Positions 52,180 through 62,065 are shown, numbered from the stretch's first letter. The stretch is DNA of 64,000 nt from Paracoccaceae bacterium (GCA_022448925.1 JAKVCP010000001.1:6456-70455); one strand, 5' to 3'. Made by a program: numbers and translations. Notes: generated by a model not told the origin, from the letters alone.

Positions 52180-52407
52180 GTGGCAACTAAACCATTTTTC
52201 CGCCGCCGCAAAGTCTGCCCCTTCTCGGGAGACAACGCGCCGAAAATCGACTATAAAGATACCCGTCTGCTGCAGCGCTACATCAGCGAACGCGGCAAAA
52301 TCGTGCCCTCGCGGATCACCGCAGTATCGGCGAAAAAGCAGCGTGAACTGGCGCGTGCAATCAAGCGTGCCCGCTTTCTTGCCCTGCTGCCCTACGCCGT
52401 GAAGTAA
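52180..52407 (+). CDS. rpsR: 30S ribosomal protein S18
   Basis: 75-aa S18 sequence. Confidence 0.92.
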   Translation: MATKPFFRRRKVCPFSGDNAPKIDYKDTRLLQRYISERGKIVPSRITAVSAKKQRELARAIKRARFLALLPYAVK

Positions 52408-52419
52408 GGAGCGACTGAC

Positions 52420-53046
52420 ATGCAAGTTATCCTTCTCGAACGTGTGGCCAAGCTGGGCCAAATGGGCGACGTTGTTGACGTCAAACCGGGTTACGCACGC
52501 AACTTCCTGCTGCGTCAGGGAAAGGCCCTGACCGCATCGCAGGCCAATATCGCGTCGTTCGAAGCTCAGAAAGCGCAGCTGGAAGCACGCAATCTGGAAA
52601 CCAAGACAGAAGCCGAAGATCTGGGCAGCCGTCTGGACGGCGAGCAGTTTGTGGTGATTCGTCAGGCCTCGGATGCGGGTTCCCTCTACGGCTCGGTCAC
52701 ACCGCGTGACGCCGCCGAAGTGGCGACTGCTGGCGGGTTCTCTGTCGACAAAAAGCAGATCGTGATTGCGCAGCCGATCAAGGAACTGGGTCTGCACAGC
52801 GTTCGCGTTGTCCTGCACCCCGAAGTCGAAATCGAGATCAAGCTGAACGTGGCGCGCTCTGAAGAAGAGGCTGAACTACAGGCCTCGGGCAAGTCGATCC
52901 AGGAATTGGCTGCCGAAGAAGAAGCGGCTGCTGAATACGAGATCGCAGAGCTGTTTGACGACATCGGCTCTGCCGCATCAGACGATGACGACATGAGTGC
53001 ACCCGCAGGCGACGCTGGCGTTGCTGAAGGTTCGGACGACGACTGA
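52420..53046 (+). CDS. rplI: 50S ribosomal protein L9 with an acidic C-terminal extension
   Basis: [31 protein letters not shown]-terminus. Asp/Glu-rich tail. Confidence 0.92.
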   Translation: MQVILLERVAKLGQMGDVVDVKPGYARNFLLRQGKALTASQANIASFEAQKAQLEARNLETKTEAEDLGSRLDGEQFVVIRQASDAGSLYGSVTPRDAAEVATAGGFSVDKKQIVIAQPIKELGLHSVRVVLHPEVEIEIKLNVARSEEEAELQASGKSIQELAAEEEAAAEYEIAELFDDIGSAASDDDDMSAPAGDAGVAEGSDDD

Positions 53047-53073
53047 GTGATCTGAGCACAGATGAATTTCACA

Positions 53074-53103
53074 GCCGCGCAGGGCCATCCTGCGCGGCTT
53101 TTT
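53074..53103 (+). terminator. Intrinsic terminator of the rpsF-rpsR-rplI operon
   Basis: GCCGCGCAGG-gccatc-CCTGCGCGGC hairpin followed by TTTTT. Confidence 0.7.
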
Positions 53104-53674
53104 CATGTCTGCCTTTTTCGGTTGCATGCCGCACCAACCGACGCTGACTTGAACCGCCAGACGCCCCTTGCCATGCGCGAACCAGGCCCGCCGCGGACTT
53201 TGAGTCGCAACGGATCACTGCACCGCCAAGGTCGCATCATGGCCCCCGGCACCACCTGACTTTGCTGCGCCCAAGACACCCTGCAACGCGCCACAAAAAG
53301 CGCGCGCGTCGAGGCGCGCTGTAACCACCTGCCAGACCGAATGGAGCGGCCAGTGACCTGGGCCATATAGCGAATTTTGCTGCCAGCTCCTGTCATGGTC
53401 CTGCTGTTTTCGGCCTCGCTCCGCTTCGGCCCTGACCCCTCTTATGTGTTGAGATTGCAGGACACACACAGCTGTTTCTGTCGTTCAGGCTGTAAGATCC
53501 GATCACCGTACGCCCATTTCAGGTGGATAAAGTGACACTATCGGACGCCAATCTTTGAATATGGCACAAGAAACTGGCATCGAAAGCTTGCCAGATCGGC
53601 CTATGTTACGCACCATCGGATACGAAACTGGCCGCAAACGTGGATTGAGGCACAACCCAATAGGTAGAGACGCT

Positions 53675-54607
53675 ATGAAACGTATAATCAGCTTTGGATC
53701 ATTTGCACTGGCTGCGGGCCTTGTGACACTGCCGGCACAGGCAGAGCAGCACGGCAACACATTTGTTGGCACGATTGTTGCCCGAGACATGATGGGCCTG
53801 TCGTACGAAGCCGGCGGCTGCATTGTTGCCGTCAACGAAACTGCCCGCGCATCGGGATCCGCCAAGGCAGGCCAGATCCTTGTTGAGCTGGATGGCAAGG
53901 CCGCCGACTTGGCGCTTGAAACCGCGAAAGCCCGGGTCGCTGACCTTGAGGCCGCTGTCGCTGAACGCCAACTGGCTGTTGATGCGGCACAGGCGAATGT
54001 TGAACGCCGGTCACAAGATCTGGCCTTGGTCCGCAAAGAGTTTGAGCGCAATGAGCAAATCTTTAGGCGCGGATTGTTAAACGAATCTGCGATGGAGGCT
54101 GTTGAAAGCAAATTGCTGAACGCCACTTTTGCTTCGGACCAAGCAGGCGAAACCCTTGCCAGCGCCCTATCAGCCAAGACCCGCGCCGAAATCTCATTGC
54201 GGATTGGGCATCTCGATGTGCAAGCCCGCGTAGACGATGTCGAAGATCTGACGCTCCGAGCGCCATTTGACGGCGTGCTGCTGGGCTTTGAACCCAATGT
54301 TGGGGATTGCGTGCAGGCCCGCACGCCATCGGCGCAGATTTATGCCCCCGCCAACAAATCGGTTGAAGTCTTTGTCAGAGTTGACCAGCTGGTTACGGCC
54401 CAGGCGTCCGGCGTTGCAATCGGCGCTCCTGTCAGCATTGAACGCATAAACGGCGAGGCCTGTGGCGGGGCATTCACATGGATCGGCACAGAGGCTGACG
54501 TAGAGCACCAATTCGTCAAATCGAAAATCGAGATCGACGAAACCTGCGCACCCTCACTGTTCCTGAACGAAGCGGTCGAAGTGACCACTCAGCCCAGCGC
54601 GTCCTGA
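53675..54607 (+). CDS. HlyD-family / membrane-fusion-protein-like periplasmic adaptor (orphan)
   Basis: Signal peptide (MKRIISFGSFALAAGLVTLPAQA), a coiled-coil hairpin, and a beta-barrel region typical of periplasmic adaptor subunits. No transporter partner gene nearby. Confidence 0.5.
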   Translation: MKRIISFGSFALAAGLVTLPAQAEQHGNTFVGTIVARDMMGLSYEAGGCIVAVNETARASGSAKAGQILVELDGKAADLALETAKARVADLEAAVAERQLAVDAAQANVERRSQDLALVRKEFERNEQIFRRGLLNESAMEAVESKLLNATFASDQAGETLASALSAKTRAEISLRIGHLDVQARVDDVEDLTLRAPFDGVLLGFEPNVGDCVQARTPSAQIYAPANKSVEVFVRVDQLVTAQASGVAIGAPVSIERINGEACGGAFTWIGTEADVEHQFVKSKIEIDETCAPSLFLNEAVEVTTQPSAS

Positions 54608-54628
54608 CGCGCCGCTCATTTGCGCATT

Positions 54629-54663
54629 AAAAAAGGCCGCCCAGAACACCGGGCGGCCTTTTG
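54629..54663. terminator. Bidirectional intrinsic terminator between the HlyD-like gene (+) and tig (-)
   Basis: AAAAAA-GGCCGCCC-agaacacc-GGGCGGCC-TTTTGT. A-tract on one side and T-tract on the other. Confidence 0.7.
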
Positions 54664-54682
54664 TGTTTCATCGAATACAGAC

Positions 54683-56014
54683 TTAGTCTTCGTCCATTGC
54701 CTCAACAGCTGCCTGAAGATCTTCCTTTGAGACCTCTTTGTCAGCGACATCGGCCAACTCGACTATGTAGTCGATCACTTTGTCTTCAAACAACGGCGCC
54801 CGCAGCTGCTGCTGCATCTGAGCATTTTGCTGGACGAACTCAAAGAACTGACGTTCCTGGCCCGGATACTGACGGGCCTGGTTCATGATGGCTTGTGTCA
54901 TCTCAGCGTCGGACACTTGGACTTCGGCCTTTTCGCCAAGGTCTGCCAACAGCAGACCCAGACGTACGCGGCGCTCTGCCAGGGACTTGTGCTCATCGGT
55001 AGGCTCGATCTCGGGATGATCGTGGCCTTCGACCTCGGGGTTTTCTTCGTGCCAAAGCTGGTGCGCAATCTGCCCGGCCTCTGCCTCTACCAAAGAGGCA
55101 GGCAGCTCAAAGCTGACCAAATCATCCAGCTTGTCCAGCAGGCCGCGCTTCATAACGGCACGGGCTGCACCCGAATATTCCGCTTCAAGACGCTCGCGGA
55201 TTTGGCCTTTCAGGCCATCCAGATCCTCGGCACCGAATTTGGTCGCCAGTTCATCGTTGATCTCGGCGTCCTTAGGTGCCTTGACAGCCTTGACTGTGCA
55301 CTCAAAAACAGCCGCCTTGCCTGCAAGGTTTTCGGCCTGATAGTCTTCGGGGAAGGTGACTTCCACGTTTTTCGCTTCACCCGCTTTCAAACCCACCAGC
55401 TGCTCTTCGAAACCGGGGATAAAGCTGTTTGAGCCCAGCACCAGCGGGTAATCGTCTGCAGCACCGCCGTCAAATGCCTCACCGTCCACTTTGCCAAGGA
55501 AATCGATGGTGACCTGATCGCCATCTTCTGCTGCGGCACCTTCGTCGCGATCGTCAAAATCCTGTGCCGTCTTGGCCAGGTTGTCCAACGCCTCTGTTAC
55601 TTCGTCGTCCGTTGCCTTCGCAACCAGACGTTCAAGCGAGATCCCCTTGAGATCAACTTCTGGGATTTCAGGCAGCTTTTCATAGCTCATCTCGACGTTG
55701 ACGTCGTCACCTTCTTTCCAGTCTTCGTTGGTCATCTTGACCTCGGGCTGAGCAGCCGGACGATCACCGCTGTCTTCGAAGTGCTTGTTCATCGCACCAT
55801 CGATGCTTTCCTGCATCGCTTCGCCCATCAGACGCTGCCCAAACTGTTTCTTCAGCAGAGGCATGGGCACTTTGCCCTTGCGAAAGCCCTTCATCTCGAT
55901 CTCTGGCTGCGCTTCGACCAGCTTTTCGTTCACTTTGTCGTCCAGCTCGGCGGCGGTGACGGTGATCGCGTAGCCGCGCTTCAACCCTTCGTTCAGCGTC
56001 TCGGTGACCTGCAT
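54683..56014 (-). CDS. tig: Trigger factor
   Basis: N-terminal ribosome-binding motif region (GFRKGKVP), an FKBP-like middle domain, and an acidic C-terminus. 443 aa. Confidence 0.9.
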   Translation of the reverse strand: MQVTETLNEGLKRGYAITVTAAELDDKVNEKLVEAQPEIEMKGFRKGKVPMPLLKKQFGQRLMGEAMQESIDGAMNKHFEDSGDRPAAQPEVKMTNEDWKEGDDVNVEMSYEKLPEIPEVDLKGISLERLVAKATDDEVTEALDNLAKTAQDFDDRDEGAAAEDGDQVTIDFLGKVDGEAFDGGAADDYPLVLGSNSFIPGFEEQLVGLKAGEAKNVEVTFPEDYQAENLAGKAAVFECTVKAVKAPKDAEINDELATKFGAEDLDGLKGQIRERLEAEYSGAARAVMKRGLLDKLDDLVSFELPASLVEAEAGQIAHQLWHEENPEVEGHDHPEIEPTDEHKSLAERRVRLGLLLADLGEKAEVQVSDAEMTQAIMNQARQYPGQERQFFEFVQQNAQMQQQLRAPLFEDKVIDYIVELADVADKEVSKEDLQAAVEAMDED

Positions 56015-56306
56015 GTCATTTCCCTATAGCGTTCGGGCGCGCAGACTCGCGCGCTGGCAGAATTTGGCACCTTCTAGAGAGGCTCGTCGCCCTGTGCAAG
56101 CGGCTTTGCCAGTCAGGCCCCAAACGCGACATCTTTGTCGCTGACAAACCGCTGACGACGGCGTCCAATGCGCCGCCCCCAAGCCCAAGGCGATACACCA
56201 TCGAAAGCCCGCCAAACCGCGTTGTCGAGAACCTGCACCGTGCAAACTCCTGTGCCAACACCAACCCCTGTCCGCGCTGAGAAGAGGTTTGGTGTCAAAC
56301 GTGGGT

Positions 56307-58424
56307 TTACCGATCGATCCGGCTGCGGCGCCAACTGGTCGGCATGGGTAGACGTCCCGCCCCGGTTTTCTGCGGCGCCCCAACCCCCCAGGTCATATCC
56401 TGTCCCCAGCGATCCAAAAGCCCTTTTCCGATCTTGCGTTCATGCGCCGCGGCACGGTTTATCAGCCAAGTCTCGGTCCCAATTGCAGCCAGATCGGCAT
56501 CGGACGAGGCATCTTGAAAAGCCTGCAGGATGTCACGTGACGCCAGGCCCGTAGACATGCTTGTGCCACGAAACGCCTTGACAGAGCCATCACGCGCACC
56601 GCTGGCCAACAACCCATACAACGACCCGGCGGTTTCCCCCGGATATGCCGCGGAAACCATCGCCCGACCACTGGTGGATCCCGTGCCGCCATCGGTTGCC
56701 GCGGAATATAGCGTTGGTCGACCATCGCTGTCCCGATAACTGCCGATGCAGCAAATCTCGGGCAGGCTCAGAGTGGCCACGGCGTTGTGGCTACCGCGCC
56801 GTTGTACCGGCCCCTGTTCTTCCCAAGGCTCTTCGACTTTGGCAAAATGGCCTAATTCATAGTGAAACGCATCTCGTTTTCGCCCGGTTTCCAGATGCAC
56901 CTTGTAGTTTGAGTGATCAAAGTACGATCGCTGCGCCTGCTTGCTGCCGCGCACCGAAGATTGATCCGACTGAATGTAGAAAGACACAGCAACCGGCGGA
57001 TCACGATGCGCTTCTACTGCAAGGGTCCATAGCCCTGCGGGCGCTTGTCTACCACGTCCCTCTGGATCTTGCGTTGGAGACACACAGACTAGAAAAGACA
57101 AACGCCACCCGTCGTCACCGGGCTGGATCCTGCTGTAAACCCGCGCCACGCTTTCAGATGCTGTCGCTGACGGTATCAGGTCAGAATACTGCTGTTCAGA
57201 CACTTTCGGCACGGGGAACGACGGAGAGCGTGGCGGCGCAATATGGATCTGCAGATCCTGGGCCAAAGCCACACAGTCTTCCTTCGTAGCTTGTGCTTCA
57301 AACCAGATTTCAGTGAAATTTGCCGTGCCATCCGCAGGTAGAATGCGCCAGGGAATCTCTACCCTCGGCTGAGCCGGATAGGGCCACGATCCAATCGCTC
57401 CCTTTTGCCCCAGAACGGCCTTTGCGTGCCCACGCTCCAGATTGTCATTGCCCACTGGCATCACAATCCGCACCGGCGAGGTCATGCCCAGTTTCTCACG
57501 ATGACGCAACAGCGCGCGGATCATGCGTTCGAAAAACAAGCTTCCGTCCTTGGGGCCAGCCTGCATGCCATAAGAGAAATTGATGACAATGGGAAAACCA
57601 GCTTTGCCCTGCGAACCGTTTTTTGCAGATGATTTGCCCCATAGGGCATCTGCAACAAACAGGATGCGCGCCACTGCAGTGACCGCGAAATACGCAAGGA
57701 AGTTTCCCGCCGTCCCGTGCGCGTGCTGGGCGGGTAAATTTACGGCAATGATCTTTTGTCGGCGGATCGCCTCGGCGTTTTCAGGATCAGGAGCAAAACC
57801 AGCAGCAAGGTCAAGCACATGCGTGCCATGGGCCCCAGCACGGTCCAGATCGCGCTGCCCGATTGGGTTGAGCGGATCCACCAAACCTGCCGCTCTGTTG
57901 AATGTCTCTTCATCCAGATCCCCTGTCGCCGCCCCCCGTTGGCTGTGGGCCACGATCAAGTCGTCAATCTCAGGACCGAAAAGTTCTTCTCCGCAAGGCA
58001 AATCTGCTTGTTCAGCAAACCGCGCATCCTGCTGCCAGGACGAGATGACCCGCGTCTCCCCCTTCAGACCGCGAAAGCGACGATGGCCCAAAGCGATCCC
58101 AGTGTCCACGATGCCCAGAATGATCGTGTCATCATCCACGCAGGGCAAACGGTCAGAGATTGTTTCAGCAGCCCAGTCATCATGCATGTCTGGATTTGCG
58201 CTGCTTTTCGAAAGCGGAATTTGATCCGTCCCGCCAAATTGAGTTTCTGTATCATCCAGTATTTCGTTGTATTTGGGAATCGGCAGAGAGTTCAGCCGCA
58301 CCAAACTGTTTTCAAGGCTTTCTCTGTCACTCTTTTCCCTAGTGTTCCACCAATGCACATAAGGATTCTCTGTTTCGACACCATCGTCATCCATTTTGCG
58401 CGGCGTTTGCCAAGACCACGTCAT
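56307..58424 (-). CDS. S8-family (subtilisin-like) serine peptidase, 705 aa, no detectable signal peptide
   Basis: Asp (IVDTGIALGH), His (AGAHGTHV), Asn (VMPVGNDN) and Ser (GTSMSTG) in subtilase order. The His-Ser spacing is unusually long (~400 aa). Hydrophilic N-terminus. Confidence 0.7.
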   Translation of the reverse strand: MTWSWQTPRKMDDDGVETENPYVHWWNTREKSDRESLENSLVRLNSLPIPKYNEILDDTETQFGGTDQIPLSKSSANPDMHDDWAAETISDRLPCVDDDTIILGIVDTGIALGHRRFRGLKGETRVISSWQQDARFAEQADLPCGEELFGPEIDDLIVAHSQRGAATGDLDEETFNRAAGLVDPLNPIGQRDLDRAGAHGTHVLDLAAGFAPDPENAEAIRRQKIIAVNLPAQHAHGTAGNFLAYFAVTAVARILFVADALWGKSSAKNGSQGKAGFPIVINFSYGMQAGPKDGSLFFERMIRALLRHREKLGMTSPVRIVMPVGNDNLERGHAKAVLGQKGAIGSWPYPAQPRVEIPWRILPADGTANFTEIWFEAQATKEDCVALAQDLQIHIAPPRSPSFPVPKVSEQQYSDLIPSATASESVARVYSRIQPGDDGWRLSFLVCVSPTQDPEGRGRQAPAGLWTLAVEAHRDPPVAVSFYIQSDQSSVRGSKQAQRSYFDHSNYKVHLETGRKRDAFHYELGHFAKVEEPWEEQGPVQRRGSHNAVATLSLPEICCIGSYRDSDGRPTLYSAATDGGTGSTSGRAMVSAAYPGETAGSLYGLLASGARDGSVKAFRGTSMSTGLASRDILQAFQDASSDADLAAIGTETWLINRAAAHERKIGKGLLDRWGQDMTWGVGAPQKTGAGRLPMPTSWRRSRIDR

Positions 58425-58427
58425 GGT

Positions 58428-59609
58428 TTACACCAAGGCTGCTGGTGCGCCGGGCCACTCGGATGCAGCGCGGCTCCAAAGCGCCGACAGCACATCGAGT
58501 TTGGCGACCGCCAGCGCGGTGCCATCGCGTTCAGCAGAAAAGTTCGACAAAAGAAAATCGTCTCCAGAAGCTCCAGCATTCGCATTACCCGTCACCAGAT
58601 CCGTGCCCGTCGCCAGCGCGTAGATCAGATCTCCTACGACACATCCAATGTAGGCACCGACCCGGCTGTCGGCAGGAAAGTGAACGCCAGCCACGGTTCG
58701 ATTTGCGGCGATGCGATGTGCCAACCGGAAGGGCAATGCCATGTTTTCCACGCCATGCGCAGCTCCCTGGCCTGAGCTCAAACGATGCAGGACAGTCGCA
58801 ATGGCAAACGCCTCTGTCGCATGGCCCGATGGAAAGCTTGAATGATCCGGCGTTTGAATAATCGGCTGAACTTGCATGGCAAAATCCACAGGACGTGGGA
58901 CGCGGCAGAAGTATTTCATCGGTGTTTCAACATGGATCGCAAAGCTGCGCGCCGCATTGAGCAACATCAACGAGTACGCCCGCCGTCCATTGTCCAGATA
59001 CACCTGCGAACCGAAAAACGACAACATATCATCCAGTTGCATGTGAATTTCGCCCAACCGATCTTCACGAAGGTCAGCATAGGCACGCAACCAGTCCAGC
59101 TGTTTTGCAAAAAAATCCAGCGATTTGGGGCGCTCCAATCGTGTGATCGCAAGACCTGCACTGGTTTGCAATTCACACCAGCCATCAGCACCGTCAAAGC
59201 GCACGGAACTGCGCAGGAATGTATCAAGGATCAACGCCTGATAAGGTGTTTTGACTTGGCCAAGATACTCATCATCTTTCGGCATCGCCAGGCCTGCGAC
59301 ATCCGAAACAGCGGTCATACTTCCATCCCAGAAACCGGTTACACCGTCTCGGGTGGTCAGCAAGGTGTTACTCAGAAACGAAGACGCAGGACTATCGGCG
59401 TGATCTCGGGAAAACGCCGTAATGGATCCTGCATTCCCGCCCGCATTTCCACCAGCGTTTCCGCCTGCATTCCCACCAGCGTTTCCACCCGCATTCCCAC
59501 CAGCGTTTCCGCCCGCATTCCCACCAGCGTTTCCGCCCGCATTCCCACCAGCATTTCCGCCCGCATTTCCACCAGCGTTTCCGCCCGCATTTCCTCCATG
59601 TATTGGCAT
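58428..59609 (-). CDS. PAP2-superfamily (acid phosphatase / vanadium-haloperoxidase-like) protein with an N-terminal (GGNA)x14 repeat tract
   Basis: All three PAP2 motifs present: K-x6-RP (KYFCRVPRP), PSGH, and R-x5-H-x3-D (RTVAGVHFPAD). The N-terminus is MPIHGG(NAGG)n. ATG at 59609, with an alternative GTG at 59615. 3-nt spacer to the downstream S8 gene. Confidence 0.65.
   Translation of the reverse strand: MPIHGGNAGGNAGGNAGGNAGGNAGGNAGGNAGGNAGGNAGGNAGGNAGGNAGGNAGGNAGSITAFSRDHADSPASSFLSNTLLTTRDGVTGFWDGSMTAVSDVAGLAMPKDDEYLGQVKTPYQALILDTFLRSSVRFDGADGWCELQTSAGLAITRLERPKSLDFFAKQLDWLRAYADLREDRLGEIHMQLDDMLSFFGSQVYLDNGRRAYSLMLLNAARSFAIHVETPMKYFCRVPRPVDFAMQVQPIIQTPDHSSFPSGHATEAFAIATVLHRLSSGQGAAHGVENMALPFRLAHRIAANRTVAGVHFPADSRVGAYIGCVVGDLIYALATGTDLVTGNANAGASGDDFLLSNFSAERDGTALAVAKLDVLSALWSRAASEWPGAPAALV
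59429..59597. repeat. Tandem 12-nt repeat (about 14 copies) inside the 5' end of the PAP2-like CDS, encoding a Gly-Gly-Asn-Ala tract
   Basis: Consensus gcattcccaccagcgtttccgccc repeated head-to-tail on the plus strand. In-frame on the minus strand. Confidence 0.85.
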
Positions 59610-59698
59610 CACCACCCCCTCTGAGAAACCTGAATATTGGTTAACTTGGAGGCCAACTCATGTTTTTCGCAAGTCCCCGCACCACGGAGTTGTTTTTT

Positions 59699-59716
59699 TT
59701 CACGCTACGTTCACGG
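59699..59716. promoter_or_regulatory. Heptamer direct repeats TTCACGC-N4-TTCACGG (11-bp periodicity) in the divergent intergenic region. Candidate SARP-type regulator binding site.
   Basis: Two heptamers with 11-bp centre-to-centre spacing, preceded by a T8 run. They lie between the SARP-like regulator gene and the PAP2-S8 operon. Confidence 0.3.
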
Positions 59717-59786
59717 TGTGACAGCGTTCGTTGCCAAGCGTCGTGCAATTTATTAGCTTCAAAGAACAACTTGGGCGGCAATTGTG

Positions 59787-61397
59787 ATGGAAACACTCTC
59801 AAACTTGCAGGGATCGCTGACGCTTCATCTGCATGGCGCGTTTCGCGTTTCTACCGAAAGTGGAAAAGTTGTAACCCCGCGCGCGGAAAAAGCGCAAGCC
59901 CTGATCGCGCTTTTGGCCACCAGCCCAAACGGAGAACGCAGCCGACAATGGTTGCAATCCAAACTCTGGAGCGACCGCGGATCGTCACAGGCTGCTGGCA
60001 GCCTGCGTCAGGCCCTTGTTCAGATCAGACAGTCTTTTGGTGATGCAAAAGACGTTGTCAGCGCCAGCCGATCCCGGGTTTGGCTTGATCTAACGAAGAT
60101 CAACATCGCACCCGCCAACGGTCAGGAGTTTCTGGAGGGTATCGACGCACGTGACGACGAATTCGAAAGCTGGTTGACGCTGGAACGGTCCGTACGTGAG
60201 ACGCCAGCCCCCGCACGCCCCATACTTGTTCTGCCCAAACATCCTTCACATGAGTTGCCGCGAACATGGACTATCTCTGTCGACTCCACGGCACTTGGCG
60301 GGGATCTTGCCAACTGGTTCGCACAGCTCTTTGCTGATGCAGTCTCGCGGCACCTGCGCGATTTTTTCTCTGCGCGCGTCGTGGTCGGACCAGCGGATGA
60401 AATGCTGAACCCGGTGCTAAGCGCCAAGGTCAACGCCTACTCTGACAGCGAATCGTCATTGGGGGTTCGGATCAGTCTTGAACAACAGCAGACAGGTGAA
60501 CAGCTTTGGGCCGGAAGCCAACATGTCAAGGCTCATGGAGGCCCACCGATCGATGATCCGGAAATACTGCGCTTGCTGAATGAGCTGGTCGAGGCGGTCG
60601 GCGATGCGCTTGTCGGAAGCCGGCTGGCCCATCTTGATGATCCCGATCAACTGTGTCGCCAGGCAATCCGGGGACTGTTTTCGATGAAAGCCGAAAACGT
60701 TCTTACCGCCGACCGCCACTTTGCTGAAGCCTTCGATCGCCGTGGGCGCGGCCTCTATCTGGCGTGGCGTGCGCAGATCAAAACCATCCAAAAGGTGGAG
60801 CGTCACGACACCGATGCAAAGCGTCTTCGCGAAGAGGCCGAGTTTCTTTGCGCCCGCGCCCTAGAGTTGGAGCCGAACAATTCCATGGTACTGGCCACAG
60901 TCGCCAACACGCGCGGCTTTCTGATGCAGGATCCGCACTCGAGCCTCGCTCTGGCACGGCGCAGCGTGCAGCTGAACCCGGGCAACCCGATGGCATGGTG
61001 GGCGCTGAGTTCCGCAAATGTTTATGGCGGTGACATCAAGAGTTCTTACCTGAATGCATTGAATGCCAGAAACCTTGCGTCTTTGTCACCGCATCGGTTC
61101 TGGTGGGACAATCAGCTTTTTGGCGCCGCTGTTGTCTTGGGACGTTTGGACGAAGCGTTGAAACTGGCTGAGGCCGCCTATGCGCAGAACCCAAATTTCC
61201 GCCCGCCTCTGCGCTATCTGATAGCGTTTTACGCCAATGCCGCGCGTGAAGAGGACGCCCTCAGGGCGGCCAGCGCTCTGACTGGGCTTGAGCCGGATTT
61301 CAGCGTAGAGAGGCTGGCGCGTGACCGTGATTACCCCGCCTCTCTGATTCACCGTGCGCCGGGGCTGGACATCGACAAGCTGTCGTCAATCATCTAG
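59787..61397 (+). CDS. SARP-like transcriptional regulator (N-terminal OmpR/PhoB-type winged helix + BTAD/TPR-like C-terminal region)
   Basis: N-terminus LHLHGAFRV...GKVVTPRAEKAQALIALLATSPNGERSRQWLQSKLWSD...SLRQALVQIRQ matches the trans_reg_C/SARP pattern. The C-terminus has TPR-like helical repeats. Alternative GTG start at 59784. Confidence 0.65.
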   Translation: METLSNLQGSLTLHLHGAFRVSTESGKVVTPRAEKAQALIALLATSPNGERSRQWLQSKLWSDRGSSQAAGSLRQALVQIRQSFGDAKDVVSASRSRVWLDLTKINIAPANGQEFLEGIDARDDEFESWLTLERSVRETPAPARPILVLPKHPSHELPRTWTISVDSTALGGDLANWFAQLFADAVSRHLRDFFSARVVVGPADEMLNPVLSAKVNAYSDSESSLGVRISLEQQQTGEQLWAGSQHVKAHGGPPIDDPEILRLLNELVEAVGDALVGSRLAHLDDPDQLCRQAIRGLFSMKAENVLTADRHFAEAFDRRGRGLYLAWRAQIKTIQKVERHDTDAKRLREEAEFLCARALELEPNNSMVLATVANTRGFLMQDPHSSLALARRSVQLNPGNPMAWWALSSANVYGGDIKSSYLNALNARNLASLSPHRFWWDNQLFGAAVVLGRLDEALKLAEAAYAQNPNFRPPLRYLIAFYANAAREEDALRAASALTGLEPDFSVERLARDRDYPASLIHRAPGLDIDKLSSII

Positions 61398-61559
61398 CAC
61401 CCGTAAAAAAAAAACCGTTTCAGGCGGTATTCAACGGATTTACTCAAAAAGAAACCACGATTGGATCCGAATTTAACGCAAGTTTCCCAGATCAATGGCG
61501 CGCACTAGACAAGACTGACCTCTCACTCGCATCGCGAGCACAGGTTAGAAAGATGTCAG

Positions 61560-62057
61560 ATGTTGCCTCCAAAGTTTCGTATTTCCATGCTCAACACATA
61601 CCGTCGGGGGCCCTATGACGCGCCATACCTTGCAGGGGATGCAAAGCGGGAATGGTTGATCGTAGAGCGTACCGGCCCGGATGGTTCCGTTCTACTGCTG
61701 TCAAACAAGGATCTTGTTGAAAGCACATCGACCTGCGTTCCTCCGTTGGACACGCCGCCCAAACACACCATCGTTGCGCTGTTGGCCGAATGTCACGGGA
61801 TGCAGAATACATGGAGCTTCCTGGCGGTGCGCAACCCTCTGCCGGACATGATTACTCCTGGTATCTTTTTTCCGACAGAAGGAAACATCGTTTTGCAACC
61901 CTCTGCACAGGGCGTCCGCCTTGTGGCTTATGGGCGCTGTGTCCACAGTCGCGGCTTCGCGGGGGGAAAACGTGTTTTGCATGATGTGCCGACACCGCCT
62001 CCGTCACCTGAATATGCGTTCAGCTGGCACATGCAGGCCGCCGAATATACAGGCTGA
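61560..62057 (+). CDS. Hypothetical protein (165 aa). Lower GC3 than its neighbours.
   Basis: Long ORF preceded by an AT-rich region containing an A10 run. No recognisable motifs. Confidence 0.35.
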   Translation: MLPPKFRISMLNTYRRGPYDAPYLAGDAKREWLIVERTGPDGSVLLLSNKDLVESTSTCVPPLDTPPKHTIVALLAECHGMQNTWSFLAVRNPLPDMITPGIFFPTEGNIVLQPSAQGVRLVAYGRCVHSRGFAGGKRVLHDVPTPPPSPEYAFSWHMQAAEYTG

Positions 62058-62065
62058 CGTAGCTT

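Noticed and set aside
53104-53554. About 450-bp ORF-free gap after the rplI terminator, containing a short GC hairpin (AGCGCGC-N8-GCGCGCT near 53295-53320). Considered as a possible sRNA.
   Set aside because: No promoter/terminator pair or conservation evidence is available from the sequence alone. It is left unannotated.
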